DNA from: Antedon mediterranea
Taxonomy: Eukaryota > Animalia > Echinodermata
DNA length: 64,000 nt
Assembly: GCF_964355755.1 (NCBI RefSeq)
Contig: NC_092673.1
Span: 14,232,948-14,296,947 of the forward strand
Direction of reading: 5' to 3'
Shown piece by piece: positions 54,253-64,000 of this stretch. A model generated the notes under the pieces. That model did not search any database. It was not told where the DNA came from and saw nothing but the letters and a program-made list of their open reading frames with translations. Position numbers and translations under genes: made by a program. How positions within the stretch are numbered: the first letter of the stretch is position 1; every line of letters begins with the position of its first letter.

Positions 54253-56670
54253 ATGGATAACCATCTTAAAATCCTGGATTCTTTATGCAGAATATGTGGC
54301 CAGTGCTTAAAATCATATAATGATTACAAAAGGGGTAATATTCCCAAGCGCAAAGAAGTCACAATGCATACCGATTTAATTGCACAGCTAGGCTTTGACC
54401 CAAATACAGATGAAGCCGCAGTGCATCCTAGATATTTGTGTCATCTATGCTACACTGCATTAAAATCTTCAAGATCAAACCTGAAAACCAGTAGTGTGGA
54501 AGCCACACACAAGAATAGGACCCTGCACCACATGTCAAAGGCATACAATCCAATCAAAGGGAGGAAGACCAAGAAAAAGGAAATTGTCGACCACTTTTCT
54601 TCCATTATGTGTCAAGAAGTTTTAGTTTGGTTACAATTGGATTATTGGATGCTTTACATGTTGTTTTTACCAATGTGTTTGTATCAGTCCTGTTGCCTTA
54701 CCATGTAATCATGTCTCATGTAAAGCATGTATCCAGTCATGTTTTGTTGATGTTGATAAAACTGTTTAATGTCCTAAACGCAATTTTGATGTTCATTTTT
54801 TGTCTTGTCACTTCTGTACCAGCATTGTTCATTGAATGTCATGTAAAGTTGTTTGTAAATCGTGTCGTTGTGTAATTCAGTGTAGAGAATGTAATGTCCA
54901 TGTTTGTGTTTGTGATCATGATTATTACTGTGCATCACCAAATCAAACGGATCCAATTCATATATTCCAAGTTGAGCCAATCAAAAGATGGAACTACAAC
55001 ATTTATGATAATGAAAAGGTGAGAATAAAAATAATGTAACAGCAATATATTTGAGAAAAGGAAATTATTATACACATTGTAAATTACATATATATCAATA
55101 AAGTTCATAATTAAAATAAAATATAAATTGGTTACAATTTTTTTTTAGTATTAATAAAAACAAAACATAATATATTAGTGAACATTAATGTTTATTAACA
55201 CTTCAAATTCGAAAACAACAACAAACTTAAAAATGCTTCTTGTTTTAGATTCTTAAATCAGTTGCCATACCGGTAATTCGTAAACCGTTGTCATCTGTGC
55301 GCCATAAAACTCTTCAGAAACGAACTAAGTTTTTGACCAAGGTAAGAGATTTGGTCAGTGAGACGGCATGGTACAGCAAAAAGACGAAGTGAGGAGTATG
55401 CCATGTGAACTGCAAACTATTTTGGCTTAACCCATAAAGATGCCATTTGGTGATTTGTTATTCCTGAAAACAAATCTAGGCCTCACTTGGAAGAGAAACA
55501 GGAAATTAAAACAGTAAGTATAATTATCCTAAAGTACACCTGATTTATTTGATTTATTTGGGTAAAATCTTGTGAAATAACAATCTATATAATATATAAT
55601 TTACAGGCAAAGTAGAAATTCTATATATAATTATTATCTTTTCTGTTCAAGATGGTTAAAAAAAATATGGCATTGCTGCTGAATGTGAGGGCAAAATGCG
55701 TATTCAAGTAAAAGAAATTGTCAACGACAACTTGACATCAGAATATCTTCCCATTTTGGCAGTCGATGAATTCACAAAGGACATGGTAATACAGAAAGTT
55801 TCCTGTGTACAGGCAGGTTAAGAACCTGATACAAAAAATTTATCAAAACTTAAGTGAGCTTGAGAGGTAAATATTTAAAATTGTATTCTTACCTCAATTA
55901 ATTACTTTTAGGTGTTTTCCCCTGGCGTCCATATCAGTCTTGGACTATACTTAAAGCACTTTGTTTTGAAGATGCTTGCCAGGTAGGCCTACTTGACAAT
56001 GAAATGGGGTTTTACCTGGCCAATGACCAAACTATTGAATAAACAAACCACCATCGCCAGCAATTTAATTTTTATGTAAGTCAGCTCCAGAAAGCAAGAT
56101 TACATATTAAAACAGAGGCTGATGCGATACAGACAGCTGTTGAATCTCTGGAGGATTATTTGTCTGTTTTTTTAATTCTAAATGAAGATATAATAACCTA
56201 CAAAAGATCATCAAAGAAATTGAAGAGAAAAAATGTCAACAACAATATCATGTAAGTGCATTTAAATAATTTAAATTTTTTAGGTGCAATACCTGGAAAA
56301 AATGTTTAAATGAGTCACATCTCATAAATGTAACTATTATTTTATTTATAGACAAATGAAGCAATGAAGTTTAGAGATGTCAAACTTGACAAAGGCTTTG
56401 AGCCCATATGTGGAAAAATCGATTCCACACTTATTTATTTAATAAGAGCATTGTACCAATGTTGTAAAAATGATTGAAAGATAACAAGATTAATATATTT
56501 AGACAAATTTGGGGGGTAGTTATTAATGATTTATGAATACTTACATTAAAATTTAGACTGAAAACGGATATCCAACAGAAATGAACATTTCTAGGTACTT
56601 GAGTTTCTTCAGGGAAAACTTTGAAGAAACGGAGCCTCCAAAGATGCATCTCCTGGAGCACCATGTATGC
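54253..56670 (+). pseudogene. Chapaev/RAG1-N-terminus-like transposase pseudogene (intron-containing, core deleted)
   Basis: H...L..LCRICG...D....HP.YLCH.C (Chapa/RAG1 N-terminal zinc motif), a frameshifted RING (PVALPCNHVSCKACI...CP), PGVHISLG (about 55920) and PKMHLLEHHV (about 56640). Confidence 0.72.
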
Positions 56671-57419
56671 AGTTGGATCGCCAAATAATTTTCTACACAG
56701 CATATACCTATATACAGTATTATGGTTCAGGAATTTATTCATACTCACTTCAGCATTTCTTCAGGTGAAAGTAGCATGTGCTGTTGTGATGATGATGATG
56801 TCATGATGAGGCTGTCAATCAATCAATCAATCCATTTTCATAGCGCCGTTCCAACAATCCAACATCATTGCTCAATCATATATTATATATAGCAATGTAA
56901 AAAAGAAAACTCAGAAAAAGTTAGTTTGTAGAAGTGATTTAAAACTGTCCATTTAATAATATGTAAAGGCTAGCCTAGGCCAGCAGTACTGAATGTTAGA
57001 TCTCCCAGCTATGTTTTCTCCTTGCTTGGAAGAGCTTGATTGCGCGATCTCAATAGGCTTTTTTGATTGAGTTGAGGGGAAAATTTATTGGCACTGCACT
57101 TTTTTATTAGTGGCACACTTCAACTTGGCTCCTTTAAACAATAAAAAATATGTTACTGTACCATTACTTTAAATGAAACTTGTCTTTGAGGAAAATAATT
57201 TTTCTAAACAAATTTCTTTTACCTCTTTCTATAATGGAATAACCCAAACTTAGGGTTTACTATACAATATGCGGATGATACTATTATAGAAGAAAAAGGT
57301 AATTTGTGGATCTAAATGTAATCGACCGTTACTGAAAATAAACAACTGCGCATGTTTTTTAATTGGCGTGTTAACGCGCATGCGTCAAATCGAGAAATTC
57401 TTTGGAAAACATACATGCA

Positions 57420-57617
57420 AGAGAAACACTTTACACTTCAAATGTGATACGCACAATGATACCAAATACAATAATCAAACAATTTATCGCCTATTGTCAT
57501 GAATACGATTTCACTCATCTCAGTGAGCGTTCACTTCGAAGGATCTTAGAAGTATGTCCTGCTTCTGTGCGGAAGTCACTGCAGGGCTTAGATTTTTTCA
57601 CAGCAAATGTTGTTTAG
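57420..57617 (+). pseudogene. Sola3-like transposase, continuation of 45534-46140
   Basis: NVIRTMIPNTIIKQFIAYC...LSERSLRRILEVCPASVRKSLQGLDF. Confidence 0.55.
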
Positions 57618-57694
57618 ATTTACTTTGATCCACCGGTTATACCATACAATTGTTCTTATATACTTATACTGTCGATAATTTATTTATTGTGTAG

Positions 57695-58660
57695 GTGGAA
57701 ATCGCCAAAACTTCAATGTAAGTGGCATGGGCCATACCTAATTATCACGAAACTATCTCAGCAGGTGGTGTACCGGAGGGACCGAGAAAGAAACCAAAGG
57801 TCGTGCACGTGGACCAACTGAAGCCATATGAGGGTGAGGAGATCGCCTGTGGGACATCCCTCCCGGAAACGAGAGTTTGTTGGTTTGGGTCGCACAGGAA
57901 GCCGTTGCCGAAAGTAGCGAGACGCCAACAGTCCCGGAGGAAGTTTGACGGAGAAATCCAACAGCCCAAAATGCCTGAAGAAGGCCCCAGAGGAACCCTG
58001 TGATCGGGGAAATATGCCTGTACCTCCACAGACCCCCTAGAAGGAAGGTATCCCAGGAGGTGTAAGGCGGAGGCCTGCACGGTACGAACAATAAGCAGCT
58101 AGGTTCTCTTGCCGTTTATGTTTTACCTAATGTTGTTTTGTTTGTTTTTCTTTATTTTTTCATAAAGATGCGAGGAGGAGGTGACTACGAGTTTGACCGA
58201 TGTCCGAGAACATACCCCCATTCAAGCGCCCTACAGCGGCATCGAAAGCGAAGCCATGGCGACAGAAGAAGGGACCACGTCTGTGAGCGTTCCTCTGCAA
58301 CCTTTTCCAGGAGGGACGCCCTGATCCGCCACTGTAACCGGGTACACCGAAAGAGGGCCGCGACACCACCAAGCCAGACCAGGCCGTCATGTCACCCAGT
58401 GCCCAAGCCAGGGCGAGCGACGCATTGCAGGTGTCGCCTGGATCGGTCTCCTTGTTAGAAGTGCCAAATGTGGCGAGGAAGGAAACCATGGTGACCAATG
58501 AGCAGCAACTAACTGGAAAACCCTGGAACCTGTTACAGCTGCTCCGAGGAGGTAGAGACGATGACGGGGAAGGAGAAGAAGAACCATTCGAGATAGTCGA
58601 CCTGGAAAAGCTCCTAACAGGACATCATCTAAAGAATGGAGGATTTAGGAAGCCTAGGTA
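57695..58660 (+). mobile_element. Gypsy LTR-retrotransposon 3' fragment (integrase C-terminus plus downstream C2H2 zinc-finger ORF)
   Basis: SPKLQCKWHGPY...VVHVDQLKPY, followed by an ORF from 58168 with two degenerate C2H2 fingers. GC-rich relative to the flanks. Confidence 0.6.
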
Positions 58661-58681
58661 AAACGAAGAAATCCGCAACAC

Positions 58682-59930
58682 ATGATGACTAAGAAGTGGA
58701 AACAACCTCTGGGCTACTTTTTGTCTGCCGGTCCATCTTCCAGGTACGCACAAATGATCTTGCTGAAGGAATGTATTACAAAGTTAAGTTACAGGGAGTA
58801 TATAGTAGCAGGGTTGATTGTGAAGGCTGTTGTTTGTGATCAGGGTTCAAATAACAGGAAAATGTTTATTGAGCTCGGGGTAAACACTGAGAAACCCTAC
58901 ATGGAATGGAAGAATGCTAATGAAGAAATTCATAACATCCTCTTCCTCTATGATCCTCCACATCTTCTGAAGAGCGTACGCAATAATCTGAAACTGGAAA
59001 TGAGATCAAATGGGATCATACCGTTCAATTTTATAATAATGATTCCCAGCTTCCTTTGAGAATGGCTCCCATGTTAACGACCAAGCATATTACCCTCCCG
59101 CCATTCACACCGATGAGAGTTTGCTTAGCAGCACAAGTTTTAAGCCATAGTGTTGCTTCTGGAATTATGATGTATGCTTCTCTCGATAAGCTTCCAGGTG
59201 AAACAGTTCATACTGGTACGTTTATCGATAAATTTGACAAGCTATTTGACACATGTAACGCGAGACATTTTAGGGACACTGTTAAGTATAGATGGCCAGT
59301 AACCGGCACATCTGTGCACATTCCATTTTGAAATGACTGTATTGATTGGATAAAGGGTTGGCAAGTAAAGGATGGATCAATTATGAGGATTGCTTGCATT
59401 AATGGCTGGATTCTTACACTGAATTCAATGACCCAGCTACTTCATGATCTCGGCACCTACTACAACTTTAACTATTTGCTGACAAATCAACTGAATCAAG
59501 ATTGCTTGGAAAATTTATTTGGTGGTCACCGGTTCAGTCCTATGGCAAATGAATTTAGGGCTACGTTAAAGCAGGTTTTGTGCAACAAATTTATGATACC
59601 ATTAGGAAATCAAACAAATTGCCAACTAGATCAAGATCAACTGTTCAATTTGCCCATTCATTCAAACCAACCACAACAATCCAACACACCATCACCTACA
59701 ATGCCATTCCGTTTAAAGACATTTGCCTTGAGATCAGTACCAAAGATCAGGCTAAACAGAACACATTGGTGTACATTGCTGGCTATGTTAGTAAGCAGTC
59801 TTGGCCAAACATCCGAATAGCCAAACCTGCACAAGACACACAATATGTAGACCCATCACAGCTGCTAATTAGTTACAAGGCGCACGATGTTACGATGTAT
59901 AATTTCGGAGAGTACTGTACCCACCGATAG
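58682..59930 (+). pseudogene. P-element (THAP9-like) transposase pseudogene
   Basis: WKQPLGY, VCDQGSNN, DPPHLLKSVRNNL, MRVCLAAQVLSHSVA, DKLFD..N, LNQDCLENLF, YIAGYV. Frameshifted. Confidence 0.9.
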
Positions 59931-60279
59931 CCTTGTAGACAACCTAAACTTGTGCGATTTGATTTCGGGTATTATCTTTTCTCTTATGTCACTAATAACA
60001 TGCAAGTACTTATTAAATTGAACCTGATAAAGATGTTTTCTCTGCTTGGACAAGATAGGAATTTTAATCTCTGTGAATCTGTAACGGAACCTATAAGATT
60101 AACGCACAAGAACATAAGCATTATACCCATGAGACATAAAACAAATCAAGACACAGGAGCATGAAAGGCATTATTATGATCATTGTAAATCTATGCAATT
60201 TGTTTTGCGCTTTAAAAAGAATTGTATTTACTTAATTGTATAAAATTTAAGATGTGCTACATATAAATATACAACCCGT

Positions 60280-62080
60280 GAACAATATTTTGATAAAACC
60301 TTTGAGAAATGTGGCCTCTTCGACGACCCAGATTATCCAAAGGCAGAAATATATTACAAATTGTCGAGGGCCTCGATAAACAAATCTGAGGATGCAGTAC
60401 AGCGTACTATTTCCGCTATTCGAAACTTCACAAATCCCTTTTCCTTGACCAAAAGAATCATCTATATAACTTTGCATCAGGTTCTCCGTGCTGAAAAAGC
60501 TGGTAAAGAGGCTAAACAAAGTTCTTCTAAAATCGGCTAATCCTAAAACAATGTTCTTTGAACCATGGAGGTATAATACCATGTTTGAACCAATTAAGAG
60601 ACAGAAACTGAAAACTATGGAAGCTTGCAATAAAATGATGAAGGTCACTGCCTCACAGGGAAAGGTATGACATACTAATTATTTTTAAATATTATTCTTG
60701 CAATCATATAACTAATATAGTACCTTCAAAATGCGTTTTACATTCAGGATGGCAATGGATTTTTCCATTTATTGGTGAACCTTCCTCCAACATTGGGAGA
60801 AATATGTTTACTGATAGTGATACTTGACCAAGTGGTGTTTTATTTTTTCAACTGACTTATACCATATGGACTTGATAAAGGCACAGGAGTGTTTTACACT
60901 GTGGATCATCTGAATGTTACATATTGGACCAGCAACTGGAAAACCTAAATATTTCAAACTATTCTTGTCAAATGACCAAAACAAAATTCAGCTTTTCCAT
61001 CTAATGTTACGTGTGTGGTGAAGCAAGACAGCCGCATCTCGACTTCAGAGAAGTGAAACATCAATAATTTTGGTAAAGGGACAAGCATATCAAATGCAAT
61101 CAACTGATGATGGCGAGGTGAGTATGGTAATATAAAATCCAATCATAATGTATGTACTAAAATTCAGATTATCATTTTTAACCTTCTTCAAACTAATTTC
61201 AGGTTTCACAGTGTGAGATACATGAACTGGTTTCGAAACAAGAGGAGACTGACACCAGAGTTGTGTTGTACCTTAAATATTCTGCCAATAAGGGGTATAA
61301 ATTGGCAGTTGTGAGGAAGCCTGACTTCATTATGCTATGTCAATCCCAATAGTAATATACCTAGATACAGGGACTGATAAATATCGCAAGATTGTGAATG
61401 TAAGTGAACTGAATTCAGGGAGCTAAAATATGCACTACATTAATAAGATTATACGCATTTACCAGAGAAGACGTAACTAGTGCAAGGGCAAGGGTAAAGT
61501 TGGACCATTGAACAAACTACCCCAATTAAGTGCCAAACTGCCTTCAGGTAATGATCTTTCTTGCGTTATTGGTAATCATTTTGTTGTTATTATTATTATT
61601 AGTACTCTGTCCTAATTTTTAAATGATTTTCTTCAGAACACTAGGCGATGACTGTTTCGTAAGTCTGAAAGTTATGGATGACATCAAGGCATTTACATGT
61701 TACGTATGGCCATTCTTGTGAACAGTCAATTAATAATTTACGCAGCATTATGCTCAAAAAAAGGGTAAGTGAGGAAGAGCAACTTACTATAAAATCAAAG
61801 ATGGATCTCTCGTGCCTTCCACCATAATCTTGTCCCACATTTTGAGAGTCACTCACTGCCTTGCTATCTACAAGCGAGCAGGATAAGGGATTTATTGGTG
61901 CCCAAAACCATATGACCAAGGACAAGGCTGGCAGAAAACTGACAGCATATTAGAGCCAATTTTGTCACAAAGTGCTGTTCTACCCCCTTCTCTTATTGAT
62001 CTTATTGAAAAACATCTGAGGAGCTGGACTAAGAAGAGTTAGATGAAGGGGGTCATATCCTAGAAGAAATCCTCTAGAAT
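60280..62080 (+). pseudogene. Decayed intron-containing Academ-type transposase (C-terminal half)
   Basis: QEETDTRVVLY (XPG-like), KGKV.PL, INNLRSIMLKK, DLSCLPP, QGW and an acidic tail parallel the C-terminus of the 48685-53023 protein. Confidence 0.65.
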
Positions 62081-64000
62081 GAGGATAAATTCATACATGT
62101 ATGCATTTAGTGTAGAACTATTAATCTCAAAATTATATCATTGTTTACAAAATCATTCAATATGATAAAAGGTAGATAACTAAACAATGAAGTAATATCC
62201 TAGTGTATTATTAATAACAAAGATCGGCACAAACATTTTATGTCATGAAATATATTAAATTAAAAACTTGGAAAGGGCACATACGATACGATAAAACTTT
62301 ATTGTCACAACGGCAAAATATACAGTTATGAGATATAGGTCCTTAAGTACACTCAAGTTAGTATAAATAACCTGATAGCTGATAGAATATATGTATAGTA
62401 AGTAAAAAGAGGGAAAAGTTTGTAATTGAGATTGAAGCTCCTGTTCTGAATTACTGTCAAGAAGAAGCAGAATATTGTCATACGTGTATTATGGAATACG
62501 CTCCATAAAGCCATCAAATACAAGAATTCTCGGCTTACTCTTCGAGATGGACTGCATCTTGCAGTAGGAATATGCTTCTTTACCACGATGGTAACCACTG
62601 GTTGGTAAAATTCAGACTTTGGTTCCATCTGCCATGCCGATGCTTCTTAAAATTACTTTAACATTAACGAAACTCTTGCAGAGTAACGCAAAGAACTCAT
62701 GGCAGCTCACATAGGCTACGCACCAGAAGTCTTTTTTTTTACGAATTCACCACCTACATTTAAAGGTGACATTTCTAGCCTCGGAAATATGTTTCTGGAC
62801 ATTATGGGACTATGTCTGAACATAGTACCTCTATGTAAACTCGGCAGGAAGTGTACACATACTATTCCAGAGTAAAGACCGACTATTTACTACATTGCCG
62901 ACAAGCTGAAGAAGAAAACCAAATCTTGTGTATCTCAATGGTTTAATATCTGATTTGTTGAACTTATGCAGACTTCATCAACCTACCTCGTAACTATCGT
63001 GCAATCTTACATATTTCTGTAAAATTTTTCAGCTAAAGCAATTATTACAATATAATCATTGTGCAATTTTAATGCAATAAATATATGATATATTTTTAAA
63101 ATGTTGTTTTGTTTACAAACATAATTGAAAGTCTTGTTATGTACCAATTATCTAAAATAAGACCATTGCCATTCTGGAGATCCACATAGACGCGCAGAGA
63201 CTATGGCGCGCCAAGTTATCTTTTATAAATACATCCATTAGTTATCTCTATTCAAAACTTAGATATACAGTAGTTAGATACTGTACATTTCTATTGATGG
63301 ATATTGATTGTGTATTAATCACTCAGTCAATCCGGCGAGATTGAGAAGAAGAAATATTAATATTGTATTTCTACATTTGTCTAATAATAATTTTTTTTTT
63401 TACATAATTGTAATTTGGCGTAGAAACATATGATGCTCACACATAGAAGCCCGTCTTAGGGACACTCCTGTTCAGGGGACACTTATATATATATGATTTT
63501 ACTGCCAACAAATATTTATAATTTGAGGGATCCAGATCGATCAATTGTTGTCACAGTGACACGTGTGTAGAGATACAGTAGAACCTCTTCTTTGAACTAG
63601 CTTACAGTTAGGCCTATCTTGGCAGCAGAACAAAAAAGAAGAAAAGTGATAAATGTTTGACTGAGCACTGTTGACATGCTGCTTACGAGTGGATTGTACT
63701 CATTACATTCTTTGCTTAATTATCGCCATTTGTGGTTTTTACTACATACTTTTTGTTTAGTTCTTTCTGATTTGTCTTATTAGCTTATTTAGAGACTATT
63801 TTGAACATCAGTTTTGCTAGGCCCTATCGTGTCTGTGTCTCCTTTGTTTACCATGCTGTACAAAGGACTGCACAGTGCTGCCAGCTCCTTTGTTTCTGGG
63901 CTTGGCTATAGGTCTGTGTCAGCCTATTAGTCATGTATTGCTATGCTTAGTTCTCGCCAACTCTTGTTAATAAGTTAAAACATTTTAAATATTTTTTGGC

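Noticed and set aside
54253-57400. ProtoRAG (RAG1L plus RAG2L) transposon
   Set aside because: No kelch/PHD RAG2-like sequence, no clear RSS-like TIR, and the core is largely deleted.
62350-64000. Scattered terminus-like motifs (ttaaaggtgac, gtctgaacata, tacagtagaacctc)
   Set aside because: No matching partner ends or TSDs were found within the window.

Overview
This is AT-rich eukaryotic DNA, with spliceosomal introns and a repeat repertoire typical of a marine invertebrate; an echinoderm is plausible but cannot be proven from sequence alone. It is almost entirely a nested transposable-element graveyard, and I found no clear intact host gene. The centrepiece is an apparently intact 13.1-kb IS3EU-type DNA transposon (30454-43575) with TAT...ATA ends, a 6-bp TSD (CATATA) and ~960-bp near-identical TIRs. 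It carries two convergent, intron-containing, open genes that I spliced by hand: a 5-exon ~481-aa DDE integrase-like transposase and a 10-exon ~635-aa compact HECT-type E3 ubiquitin ligase. Also present: a near-intact Academ element (47649-53995, 3-bp TSD), a decayed Chapaev/RAG1-N-terminus-like transposase, and an AcademH-like non-autonomous element with a 10-bp TSD. There are remnants of Merlin, hAT, piggyBac, Harbinger, P, Kolobok-like, Sola3-like, Helitron, Gypsy, Penelope-like and CR1/L2-like elements. All calls come from manual motif reading; no searches were run.
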